In this document: positions 46,301 to 54,602 of the stretch, piece by piece
Layout: the number at the start of each line of letters is the position of its first letter
Numbering within the stretch: the first letter of the stretch is position 1
Assembly: GCA_964402035.1 (NCBI GenBank)
Contig: CAYOAM010000002.1
Span: forward strand, 27,280 to 91,279
Length of the DNA: 64,000 nt
Reading direction: 5' to 3'
Source of the DNA: an uncultured Candidatus Saccharibacteria bacterium
GTDB lineage: Bacteria > Patescibacteriota > Minisyncoccia > Phycocordibacterales > UBA918
Notes under the pieces: model-generated
Seen by the model: only the letters and a program-made list of their open reading frames with translations
Database searches by the model: none
Told to the model about the DNA's origin: nothing
Position numbers and translations under genes: made by a program

Positions 46301-46556
46301 AATACCTGTGGTTGTTGCCGGCATCATTGAAGTCTCACGCGAAATCATGACCAAAAAAGGTGACCGCATGGCATTTGTGACAGTCGGTGACGCAACAGGA
46401 AGCATTGAGGTCGTCCTCTTCCCAAGCGTACTTGAAACCAAACGCGAACTCGCACTTCCACAGACCTGTGTGGCCATCAAGGGCCGCCTCTCGCACCGCA
46501 ATGGTGAACCAAGCATCGTCGCCGAAGCGATCAAAGCGCTTGAGAAAGATGTTTGA
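43365..46556 (+). CDS. dnaE: DNA polymerase III alpha subunit
   Basis: PHP domain FTHLHTHSHYSLLNALP; polymerase core and OB-fold regions across 1063 aa. Confidence 0.9.
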   Translation: MSDIPFTHLHTHSHYSLLNALPTIDELVAAAKKEGMTTLALTDNGNLYGAIEFYQTCMAEGIKPIIGIDAYLAPRTLFDKEPNDKPHARLVLLALNTDGYKALIQLVTDSYVHGFYYRPRLDREHIKAQSKNLIAIIPSFSGETSHALKNDDQEKTHAALSWYKDVFGDRLYLELTHHPEIPGHMELMRKIAALGKETNTPCMAAHDVYYLEKGDHRARETLQKIQTGATIDTTSGFDEQTEDFSFISTKLAHTYFKDNPEALLNTHNIAERCSITIELKKWYFPNFIIASGRTPDEELRQLAENGLRWRGLAGTEDEMTRLNYELDIIKMKGYSKYFLVVADLINEARKRKILTTIRGSVAGSLVTYSLGITTVNPLDYKIPFERFLNPERPSAPDIDMDFADNRRDEMIDYVRQKYGKDNVAQIGTFGTMMARAAVRDVARALGHPYGTGDRIAKLIPMGSQGFPMTIEHALEIEPDLKKLYKQDADTKDIIDLAKKIEGKARHISVHAAGVVIAPTPLVNFVPVQPDPKGGKMITQYDMHAVGEDGVGLLKFDFLGIRNLSILADAVKRVSKIHGIDIDIENVPVDDTKTFEILARGETMGLFQLGGSGMTHFLKELKPSSIHDINAMVALYRPGPMESIPQYIERKHNPRLITYLDPRLKDVLNRSYGVVTYQDDVLMISIKLAGYSWLQADTLRKAMGKKIPAVMEAEKAKLLKGFAEFGKLPTEKAEKLWSLIEPFAAYGFGKAHAASYGRVAYQTAYMKANYPIEYMSAVLTAESGDVETVSMIIDECERMKISILPPDINESFSDFSVVPNTNTIRFGLASIKNFGEGVAEAIIDERKAHGPFTTLEDFLGRIPIKSFNKKSLEALIMTGALDRYGERSVLLHNTETLLSYIKEMQAQKLAAQDSLFGGAETSSVRSINLEQIPPVSVAQKLLWEKELLGVYVSGHPLDAYKEALKKRPTILSVRNDEREGIPVVVAGIIEVSREIMTKKGDRMAFVTVGDATGSIEVVLFPSVLETKRELALPQTCVAIKGRLSHRNGEPSIVAEAIKALEKDV

Positions 46557-46564
46557 CATTGTCT

Positions 46565-46775
46565 CACTACGCGTTAGGATAGTGGGTACCAGAGATTGTG
46601 ACGGGCACCAACCGTCAGCGCTTCGCGCGTAGCAATACCTAATTTGGTAAGAGAGTGCTGAGCCCTAAAACCTAACGGTTCGGGCAAGGAAACTCGGTGG
46701 AACCGCGGCTTACCACAGTAAGATCGTCCGAGTAAAAATGTGACTTGTTCATATTTTTACTCGGACGTTTTTTGT
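46565..46775 (+). promoter_or_regulatory. T-box riboswitch leader (Thr specifier ACC) with terminator, upstream of thrS
   Basis: T-box sequence AAACTCGGTGGAACCGCGG (46690-46708) against consensus AAUUAGGGUGGUACCGCGG; AGAGA in Stem I; specifier region GGGCACCAACC. Terminator CGTCCGAGTAAAAAT...ATTTTTACTCGGACG plus TTTTTTG (46725-46773). The T-box 3' half can pair with the 5' side of the terminator. Confidence 0.7.
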
Positions 46776-46801
46776 TTATTTTTATTAGAAAACCAAAACA
46801 T

Positions 46802-48547
46802 ATGAATCTCGAAAATTTGCGTCACACCCTTGCCCACCTTTTAGCTTCTGCAGTACTCGAACACTACCCACACGCGAAGCGGACTATAGGTCCCGTTATT
46901 GATAATGGTTTTTACTACGACTTTGATTTTTCAGGCGGAGAAAAGCCGGGCGACGATGATCTAAAGAAAATCCAGACAACGATGCGCAAGACGTTTTCTT
47001 CGTGGACTGATTTTGCTCATGAAGTAGTGACTCCCGAGAAAGCGCGGGAAATTTTCAAAGACAATCCGTACAAGATAGAGCTCGTGAACGAGCTCGCGGA
47101 GAAAGGCGAAACAATCACCCTCTACACATCAGGAAAATTCACCGACCTTTGCCGTGGCGGACACTTGGAAAACCCCGCGCGTGAAATAGATCCGAGTGGT
47201 TTTAAACTCACAACCGTTGCGGGTGCCTATTGGCGAGGTGATGAAAAAAACGCGATGCTCACCCGCATCTATGGACTTGCATTCGCGACCGAAGCAGAAC
47301 TCACTGCGTACCAGACACAAGTTGAAGAAGCGAAGAAACGCGACCACCGAAAACTTGGCAAAGAACTTGACCTCTTTACCTTTTCTGAACTCGTTGGACC
47401 AGGACTTCCCCTCTGGACACCAAAAGGTACTGCCATGCGCCACCTCTTGGACCAGTACGTGTGGGAACTCAGGAGCAAGTACGGCTACGAGCGCGTCACA
47501 ATCCCTCACATCACCAAAAAGAATCTCTATGAGACGTCGGGTCACTGGGAAAAATTTGCCGACGAACTTTTCCGCATCAAAACACGCGAAGATAAAGAGT
47601 ATGCGTTGAAGCCCATGAACTGCCCACACCACACACAGATATTTGCGCGACAGCCACACAGCTATCGCAATATGCCGCAGCGCTACGCAGAGACGACCAT
47701 GGTATATCGCGACGAACAATCAGGTGAACTCGGAGGTCTCACTCGCGTACTTTCGATCACGCAGGACGACTCGCATGTCTTTTGTCGACATAGCCAAGTG
47801 AAGGATGAATTTTTTGCGATCTGGGACATCATCGATACCTTCTACGGCACCTTTGGATTTACCCTCAAGGTCCGTCTCTCTTTCCATGATCCCAAAGAAA
47901 TGCAGAAATACCTTGGTACACCTGAGATTTGGAAAAATGCCGAAGATGCACTCCGTGAGATCGCGATTGCGCGAAAAGCAGATTACTTTGAAGCGCTTGG
48001 TGAAGCAGCGATGTATGGTCCGAAGCTCGACTTTATGGCGATGGATTCGATTGGACGTCAACATCAAGTCGCCACGATCCAACTCGATATGAACATGCCG
48101 GAACGATTTGATCTTGAGTGCACCAACGAAAAAGGTGAAAAGGAGCGTATCGTGATGATCCACTGCGCAATCATGGGATCTATCGAACGCTTTTCTGCAG
48201 TACTCATCGAACACCTGGGTGGCAACTTCCCTCTCTGGCTTTCTCCTGAACAAATCCGTATCGTCACCGTGAGCGAAAACCAGCGCGCGTATGCAGAAAA
48301 TGTACAGAAGACTCTAGCAGCTGCAGGCATCCGCGCTGTACTAGATCAGAGCGATGAATCAATGGGCAAGAAAATCCGTCTTGCAAAGCAGGCACGCATC
48401 CCCTACTTTGCCGTCATTGGAGATAAAGAAGTTGAAGCGCAGGAGATCACGCTCGAAACTCGCGGCGTAGATGCGCCAGCGAAGCTATCACTTGCGGCGC
48501 TGACTGAACGATTGGTGCGAGAAAACAAAGAGCGAACACTCACATAA
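46802..48547 (+). CDS. thrS: Threonyl-tRNA synthetase lacking the N-terminal TGS domain
   Basis: Begins in the editing-associated domain (MNLENLRHTLAHLLASAVLEHYP...GPVIDNGFYYDF); class II core and anticodon-binding domain. Listed ORF starts 57 nt earlier, inside the T-box terminator U-tract. Confidence 0.85.
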   Translation: MNLENLRHTLAHLLASAVLEHYPHAKRTIGPVIDNGFYYDFDFSGGEKPGDDDLKKIQTTMRKTFSSWTDFAHEVVTPEKAREIFKDNPYKIELVNELAEKGETITLYTSGKFTDLCRGGHLENPAREIDPSGFKLTTVAGAYWRGDEKNAMLTRIYGLAFATEAELTAYQTQVEEAKKRDHRKLGKELDLFTFSELVGPGLPLWTPKGTAMRHLLDQYVWELRSKYGYERVTIPHITKKNLYETSGHWEKFADELFRIKTREDKEYALKPMNCPHHTQIFARQPHSYRNMPQRYAETTMVYRDEQSGELGGLTRVLSITQDDSHVFCRHSQVKDEFFAIWDIIDTFYGTFGFTLKVRLSFHDPKEMQKYLGTPEIWKNAEDALREIAIARKADYFEALGEAAMYGPKLDFMAMDSIGRQHQVATIQLDMNMPERFDLECTNEKGEKERIVMIHCAIMGSIERFSAVLIEHLGGNFPLWLSPEQIRIVTVSENQRAYAENVQKTLAAAGIRAVLDQSDESMGKKIRLAKQARIPYFAVIGDKEVEAQEITLETRGVDAPAKLSLAALTERLVRENKERTLT

Positions 48548-48616
48548 AAACTGAAAGAAATTGTCACACTGTGCGTACTAATAAGTGGACGTACATGTAG
48601 CAAGCTTATATACAAC

Positions 48617-48693
48617 ACAAACACCGCGCGCCTCATGAGGCGCGCGGTGTTTGTGTAGAAAAATCCTCACCAGCAATATAGCTGACGAGGATT
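48617..48693. terminator. Two consecutive hairpins between thrS and the 179-aa gene (the second overlaps the 179-aa gene stop)
   Basis: The first is ACAAACACCGCGCGCCT-CATG-AGGCGCGCGGTGTTTGT with a 17-bp stem; the second is AATCCTC...GAGGATT. Confidence 0.55.
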
Positions 48694-49183
48694 ACAAACT
48701 CTCAAAATAAAACCGTGAACCCTTTGTCCACATCCAAGACGATTCCAAAGCCAAGGGGGTATAGTCCCATATACACCAGCCGGTCGGGGTACTCCAGATA
48801 TCATAAAAAAGAGCAAGTGGGTAGGTTTTGTCATCCAATAAACGCATCATGAAAAAATTTGGCCTGCCATCCACCAGCAGAAACCCTTTTTCCCCATGAC
48901 CCTGTAGTGCAATGAGATAGTGTACGTAGTAGAGAGACCGAATGGTACCGCGTACAGTATTAACTACTTCAGTATGTGACAGATCTTTTACAGTCACGAC
49001 ACACCGTATCGTACAACTGTGTGGCTGCGTATGGTCTGCAACACGAACCCTCTCACGAAACCAAGGGTTCAAAGAAGCGATGTATAATATGTTATCGTCA
49101 AAATTCACCCGAAAACGTTCTTCTGGAACGAACAATGCTTCGGCACCTGGAATCCAAATTTCTTCCTTTGGAAGAAATAACAT
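48692..49183 (-). CDS. Hypothetical protein (about 163 aa)
   Basis: Start at MLFLPKEEIWIP; no recognisable motif. Confidence 0.35.
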   Translation of the reverse strand: MLFLPKEEIWIPGAEALFVPEERFRVNFDDNILYIASLNPWFRERVRVADHTQPHSCTIRCVVTVKDLSHTEVVNTVRGTIRSLYYVHYLIALQGHGEKGFLLVDGRPNFFMMRLLDDKTYPLALFYDIWSTPTGWCIWDYTPLALESSWMWTKGSRFYFESL

Positions 49184-49257
49184 AATCTTCCTCCAGCTGA
49201 GAACGAGAGACTTCTGAGGTAACAAAACCATGTATTAGCATTATGCGCAAGCAAAAC

Positions 49258-49290
49258 ACAAAACCGCCCAAAAAGGACGGTTTTGTTTGG
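49258..49290 (-). terminator. Hairpin ACAAAACCG...CGGTTTTGT downstream of the giant surface-protein gene
   Basis: Read directly. Confidence 0.4.
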
Positions 49291-49454
49291 ATTTGAGATG
49301 TGTCTCGGCGTCTCCAAGAGTGCTCAAAAATCAGAGATATGCGCGGCGCGAGCGAGGAGTGAACCGAGCCATATTTGATATATGGTGAGGGAACACCGGG
49401 GCTCGCAACAATGCAAATCTCGATTTTTGACACTCGCCCAGGATTTTAGAATGT

Positions 49455-52400
49455 TTAGGAAATAGCTTTGAGTGCCTTAATAACAGCCAAACGAACAGCC
49501 GCAACCTCATCACTATATGTACCATCAATAGCAGATACAAGTGCAAGTACCGCAGCCTTCAACTTTTCGTCAGAAATGTGTGCTGATGCACGTACGAGCA
49601 TATCAGAAGTATTATTTCCTGCATGACGAGCACGTACAACGCCATCGAGCGCTTCTGCAGCATCTGCGATAGCAATCATGGGATTGTTTCCAAGAAGTGC
49701 GTATGCGAGTGCAGTGTTGCCAGTCACTATGGCTTCAGCAAGCGTCGTTGCCCCTACTTCCTCCACAACCGGCGAAGCTTCAATTGAAGCAACTGCAGCT
49801 GATGTTGTCTGTGGGAAAAGCGCCATCACACGCTCACGATTAAGGATGATCCATCCATCTTCACGTGGGTACGATGCCTTAGCTCGCTCAATAAGATCCT
49901 GAAGCATGGTTGATGCCTCTTCAGTTGTATCACTTTGATCAATCATGAGACGCAGTGCATCGCTTGAGAGCAATACATTGTGACCATGTGCGATATTTTC
50001 CAAATGAGAAATGGCATCCTGCATATCTCCTTCCGGAGCTTCCTCATCGTTTTCATTTTCTTCCTCATCACGATCAACATCTTCGTCATCATGCGCAGCA
50101 GTAACTACCTGATGTGCATATGATCCTGTTGGAAGATTTGATGGAACCTCTGCATGTACCGCTTTTACCTGTGTGGCACCAGGAGCACTAAAGGCAACTG
50201 CAGCTGCGGTATGCACAGGTGCCGGTGTCGCTACATGAGTATGCGCATGATATTCATCATGTGGGATCATCGAACCAAACGTATAATTTGATGCAGCTGC
50301 TTGCGATGCGGGAAGTGTGAACCCAAATACTGAGCCACGCTTGATAGCCAGCACATACGCGATCGCGAGACTCCAGAGAGTAAGCAGTGTGTAGAAGAGA
50401 CCGGTGAGGAATGGACCTGCGTCAAATCCCGTGTACGGGATATCGGTAAATGAAAGCGAACTCAGTTGATTACGATCAGTAAGTACCGTAAACCCACCCA
50501 CCTTCACCTCAACTGTACAGGTATCCTTGCGGCTTCCCTTTGACACGGTGAGCGTGTACTTGGTCGTCTTTGTCGGCTTCACGGTCACTGATCCTTCATC
50601 AGTCTTGTCATCGTTGGTGGTTTCATAGACATCGTTTGGACCAATCTTGAGCTCAGATCCACGACGAGTTTTCCATGAAAGTTTTACCGAATCACCAGCA
50701 CTGATAGTCTTTTTAGATGCTGTGAAAGCCGAACAGACAGGCTTATTTGAACCACCGCCCCCACCTCCTCCACCACCGCCACCAGTTTCTACACTGACTG
50801 AAGCATTACAACTTACCGTCTCGCTTCCACGCTTTGCAGTGAGGACGTAGGTCTTGTTTTCATTGACAGTAATACTCTGTGTCCCATCAGGAGTCACGGT
50901 ACCAATACTATTGTCGATCGTTACTGAGTCAGCATTGGTGGTATTCCAAGTCATCGTTGCAGTATTCCCTTTTGAAACTGAACTTGGTGAAATACTGAAT
51001 GCATCACAGCTAAGTTTTGGCGTTTCAGAGGGATTAATATCGACAAATACGTTACAGGTCGCACTCTGGTTTCCTTTTGTCGCAGTGAGGACAAACGTCG
51101 TGTCCGAAGTAACATTCTTTGATGTAGACCCATCGACTGCTACAGCACCAACACCGTTGTTGATTGATACTGAATCAGCGTTTGAGGTATTCCATGTGAA
51201 TACAACATCACCGGCTGCAGTCAAAACATTTGGTGATGCGGTAAAGCTGTCACAACTTGGTGCGGCTGTTTGTGTTGCAACCGTAATCGTCTGTACACAT
51301 TGTGTACTCTTATTACCTTTTGTAGCGGTGAGAATATAGGTCACCGTTTGCTGTACGTTTACTGAAAGTGAACCATTGAGCGCGACTGATCCGTTGCTAT
51401 TATCAAGAGTCACTGAGTCGGCATTGCTCGTCGTCCAATTGAGGGTAGAATTTCCACCACCAAAACCATGGCTTGCAGGCGTTGCCGAGAGTGCACATAC
51501 AGGTGCTGGATCTGCGACTGGATTCACGACTAGCAATGCTTCACAGTTCACGGTACCACCTGCTCCGGTAAAGCTTCCTTTGTAGGTATGTGTTGAAGCA
51601 ACCTCAGGAATGACCACAAATGAGCCAGTGCCTGCTGTCGTTTGTTCAACAATACTCTCCACACCGTTTACGACTTTCTTTAATACGATATTTGAAACAT
51701 TTTCAGAAGTCCAATTGACACGTGATGATCCTCCGAGCGTGATAGCTGACGGAGAAACCGTGAGCGTACATGCGGGAGCAACAGCGCCACCAACAGTGAC
51801 TGCTGCATTACAATTTACCGACCCACCAGGACCTGTTGCGGTAAGCGTAAAGGTCTTGCCACTAGAAACTGATACCAAGTGTGATCCATCAAGCACGACT
51901 GATCCAACACCCTCACTAATAGAAACCGCAGTTGCATTGTCGGTCGTCCAAGAAAGTATCGTATTTCCTCCACCAAATGGAAGACTGTTGGGTGACGCAA
52001 CAAGTGTACAGGTTGGTGCAAGTGGTGCCGCAGCAACGGTAACCGGAGCTGAACACGAAGCGCTACCACCCGGACCAGTGACGGTCAGTGTGAATGTTTT
52101 AGAAGAAGCGACAAATATAGATCGTGAACCATTCGTTGCTACTGATCCAATAGTCTGGTCAATCGTTGCAGCGGTAGCATTGTTTGAAGTCCACGAAAGG
52201 TTGGTGTTGCCACCAGAGTGTGAGAAAGAAGAAGGGCTCGCCGAAATAGCACAGGTCGGAGCCGGTGTGAGTACGACATCTTCATGAGGACCACCTACAT
52301 CGAGGTTGGGGCCATTGTCGATGGGAGAGTTGTCGGGTGCGTCAGTGTTGGTATCGTCAGGGTTGCTATTTCCGCCACCCTCTCCAGCACCGGGACCATC

Positions 52401-52682
52401 ACCGCAGCAACCGCTATCATTTCCACCACCATCTCCTCCAGTAGAAGGACCACCCCCTGAGTCGCTATTACCACCACCCTCACCGCCGCCGGCATCTCCT
52501 CCGCCGTCACCGCCTCCATCGCCATCCGCAAGAGAAATAGCAGCGGAGAGACTTACCACAGACACATCGGTGTGCACTTGTGGCATAAGGGGTAATACGA
52601 CAAAAACTGCGAGTGCAATAAGTGCAATCACAATAACAGCGTATCCGATTTTTCCACCAAAAGATTTTATAATGTTATTCAT
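49455..52682 (-). CDS. Giant membrane-anchored surface protein (1075 aa): N-terminal TM, Gly/Asp low-complexity region, about 9 tandem ~90-aa Ig-like repeats, poly-Gly tract, second TM and a ~300-aa C-terminal domain
   Basis: Repeat consensus C-x-L-x-ASP-x-S/T-x-x-GGN-T-x-L-S/N-WTT-x-NA-x-x-V-x-I-x-x-G-x-G-x-V...TFTLTATG-x-GGS-x-x-C-x-A-x-VTV, read about nine times. Run GGGGGGGGGGGS; second hydrophobic segment GPFLTGLFYTLLTLWSLAIAYVLAI. Confidence 0.6.
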   Translation of the reverse strand: MNNIIKSFGGKIGYAVIVIALIALAVFVVLPLMPQVHTDVSVVSLSAAISLADGDGGGDGGGDAGGGEGGGNSDSGGGPSTGGDGGGNDSGCCGDGPGAGEGGGNSNPDDTNTDAPDNSPIDNGPNLDVGGPHEDVVLTPAPTCAISASPSSFSHSGGNTNLSWTSNNATAATIDQTIGSVATNGSRSIFVASSKTFTLTVTGPGGSASCSAPVTVAAAPLAPTCTLVASPNSLPFGGGNTILSWTTDNATAVSISEGVGSVVLDGSHLVSVSSGKTFTLTATGPGGSVNCNAAVTVGGAVAPACTLTVSPSAITLGGSSRVNWTSENVSNIVLKKVVNGVESIVEQTTAGTGSFVVIPEVASTHTYKGSFTGAGGTVNCEALLVVNPVADPAPVCALSATPASHGFGGGNSTLNWTTSNADSVTLDNSNGSVALNGSLSVNVQQTVTYILTATKGNKSTQCVQTITVATQTAAPSCDSFTASPNVLTAAGDVVFTWNTSNADSVSINNGVGAVAVDGSTSKNVTSDTTFVLTATKGNQSATCNVFVDINPSETPKLSCDAFSISPSSVSKGNTATMTWNTTNADSVTIDNSIGTVTPDGTQSITVNENKTYVLTAKRGSETVSCNASVSVETGGGGGGGGGGGSNKPVCSAFTASKKTISAGDSVKLSWKTRRGSELKIGPNDVYETTNDDKTDEGSVTVKPTKTTKYTLTVSKGSRKDTCTVEVKVGGFTVLTDRNQLSSLSFTDIPYTGFDAGPFLTGLFYTLLTLWSLAIAYVLAIKRGSVFGFTLPASQAAASNYTFGSMIPHDEYHAHTHVATPAPVHTAAAVAFSAPGATQVKAVHAEVPSNLPTGSYAHQVVTAAHDDEDVDRDEEENENDEEAPEGDMQDAISHLENIAHGHNVLLSSDALRLMIDQSDTTEEASTMLQDLIERAKASYPREDGWIILNRERVMALFPQTTSAAVASIEASPVVEEVGATTLAEAIVTGNTALAYALLGNNPMIAIADAAEALDGVVRARHAGNNTSDMLVRASAHISDEKLKAAVLALVSAIDGTYSDEVAAVRLAVIKALKAIS

Positions 52683-52755
52683 ATATATTTTTGTCTTCTA
52701 AATACTCACACCTACATAAATAAGTTTTTAACCTTATGTACGCAAGAGTATCGAA

Positions 52756-52800
52756 AGAAAAAAAGTAAGGAGGAGCGACGGCGGCAATTGCCACCGTCGC
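52756..52800 (-). terminator. Terminator closing the GC-rich island operon
   Basis: GCGACGGCGGCAA/TTGCCACCGTCGC stem (one mismatch) followed on the - strand by a U-run. Confidence 0.5.
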
Positions 52801-52818
52801 ACTCCAGTCTTGAAGAAC

Positions 52819-53433
52819 TCATGAACTTCGTCCTCGACAATCGAAGAAGAAGTGAAGCGAGTACCGCGGATATGGCTCCCGATTCGCGGTAGCCCGTTTT
52901 AGGTACTCTTGTACCTCATTTACCCCATCCCCGTTGCGGAGACGAGTGTCGACTCGGTTGCTCCGACCCGGAGCGGGGTAGACGAGCGTGCACGTCGGTG
53001 GGACCTGTACGCTCACCCCGAACTGTGGGTCCGCTGCCGACATGACGTCTGCAATGGCCACATCCCACGTGTAGAACGTGAGCTCAGGGTTCTTGGTAGA
53101 CTTCCCCGGTGTCGAGGTGAATGTCATCACCCCACGATGTGGGATGACGGCCGCACCAGAGACAGCGACAGGCGAGCCTCTCGCCGTACCGCGCTGCCAT
53201 TCAGCCATGATCGCTGGATGCAGCTTGCCAACCCGATCGTCAAATGCGTACCTCGCATTCGACTCGCGGACTGCAGTCTCGCGGATCTGCTGCTGCAGAC
53301 CCGGCGAGAAAGTGGTCACATCCCAGAACATGGCCTGGAACGTGATTTTGGTCGCACACGGAGGAATTCCGCACGCGACCGCATTGCTTATGATGCCGCA
53401 AAGCACCACAAGTACGGAACAGAAAGCCTTCAT
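52819..53433 (-). CDS. Secreted protein (signal peptide ending in ...NAVAC), high-GC gene
   Basis: MKAFCSVLVVLCGIISNAVAC; GAGGAG about 9 nt upstream of the ATG; third positions G/C-rich. Confidence 0.5.
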   Translation of the reverse strand: MKAFCSVLVVLCGIISNAVACGIPPCATKITFQAMFWDVTTFSPGLQQQIRETAVRESNARYAFDDRVGKLHPAIMAEWQRGTARGSPVAVSGAAVIPHRGVMTFTSTPGKSTKNPELTFYTWDVAIADVMSAADPQFGVSVQVPPTCTLVYPAPGRSNRVDTRLRNGDGVNEVQEYLKRATANREPYPRYSLHFFFDCRGRSS

Positions 53434-53502
53434 GCTATTACTCCTCTGTTTTATTGGTGGGCAGATCGGCTAGACACTCGCGCATCTAGCCGATCGACGG
53501 GA

Positions 53503-54138
53503 TCACTCCTTCTCAGCAGGACGCTTGGAAAAGTTGTCACACCCTTCAAGGTCCTTCGGCGGAAGGAAGAGGACGTGCTTGTACCCGCCCTTTCTCGCCG
53601 TGTAGATGTAGCCGGGCAGATCGCGACCAATCGACTGACGGACATTCCGCCAGAGGACGTGCTTGCCACCCGAGGTGTATACCTGCTCTTCGTAGAGCGT
53701 GCCATCCGGCATCGTGGCCGAAACGCCACGATTCCCGACGACCTGATCCCTCCACTGAGCCTTGATGTCTGGATCGGCGGAAGAAAGCGCAAGGTACTCG
53801 TCGATCCCCTTCACACTCGATCCCTTCGGAGTGAAGGGTGACCGCCCGACGTGACGCCAACAGTTCTCCCCCGCCTTGCAGAAGTTCTGCTTGGCGGGGG
53901 ATGCCGCTGGCTTCGCAGGCGGCGGAGCTACGGTCTTGCGCGGAGCAGGCGTTGCTGCCTGCTGTTGCGCAGGGACCGGTGCCGGTGTTGCGACCTGCGG
54001 CGCCGGAGCCATCACCATCACTGGTGCGGGCTGCGCGGGCCGGATTGCGTCCGCAATATCCTGCCGCATGCCACCGCATGCGGCGAGCGTGTTGGTGATA
54101 CCCAAAAGCATCGCCAGATTGAGAAGAAAGCGCTTCAT
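53503..54138 (-). CDS. Lipoprotein with P/A-rich linker, high-GC gene
   Basis: Signal MKRFLLNLAMLLGITNTLAAC with a classical lipobox L-A-A-C; AAGGAGA 7 nt upstream of the ATG; the other frames over this region give R-rich junk. Confidence 0.55.
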   Translation of the reverse strand: MKRFLLNLAMLLGITNTLAACGGMRQDIADAIRPAQPAPVMVMAPAPQVATPAPVPAQQQAATPAPRKTVAPPPAKPAASPAKQNFCKAGENCWRHVGRSPFTPKGSSVKGIDEYLALSSADPDIKAQWRDQVVGNRGVSATMPDGTLYEEQVYTSGGKHVLWRNVRQSIGRDLPGYIYTARKGGYKHVLFLPPKDLEGCDNFSKRPAEKE

Positions 54139-54154
54139 CGTCTCGTCTCCTTGT

Positions 54155-54340
54155 TTAGGGTTTCGTCTTGCTGTGAAAGAATGTAAATGAACCCGTATTT
54201 GGGTCCACGTACACTATCCCTTGCCGAGACTGGATGTCCCAATAGGCCCATCCAGTCATCCCGATCACTATGAGGAGCACAAATGCTCCCCACCGGATGA
54301 CCGACCAAAATAGGTCGTCGAGCGGATCTTTTTTAGACAA
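54155..54340 (-). CDS. Possible small single-TM membrane protein (about 62 aa, TTG start), first gene of the island operon
   Basis: GAGGAGG 5 nt upstream of TTG. The track's longer ORF over-extends across an upstream hairpin GTGAGAGAGA-ATT-TCTCTCTCAC (about 54396-54424). Confidence 0.3.
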   Translation of the reverse strand: MSKKDPLDDLFWSVIRWGAFVLLIVIGMTGWAYWDIQSRQGIVYVDPNTGSFTFFHSKTKP

Positions 54341-54602
54341 ATCTACCTCCTCTCGTATCTCCTTCAGTTTGAAATGAACTTTCCTCCCATCCGCACGATC
54401 GCGGTGAGAGAAATTCTCTCTCACGCGAAATTGCGATGAGTTTGCTGTGTAAAAAACTTTCGCACAAAAAACCAACCACAATGTGACTTTGTACACTCGA
54501 GTGAGCGTACGTTCTGTCCTGAAAAGAAGAGCTACCTGTACTTACATATTACACCAAAATTATACTTTTGTCAACACCCTCTGGAGTCACCCCAAAACGG
54601 CT

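Noticed and set aside
52306-52701. + strand proline-rich ORF 131 aa (PPPSPP...)
   Set aside because: Antisense of the Gly/Asp-rich N-terminal low-complexity region of the giant surface protein; runs past its start codon.
52909-54190. + strand ORFs 52909..53841, 53838..54098, 53851..54186, 53876..54190 and - strand 53546..54079 in the GC-rich island
   Set aside because: R/A/G-rich junk typical of alternative frames in high-GC DNA. The - strand lipoprotein and secreted-protein frames have signal peptides, a lipobox and SD sequences.
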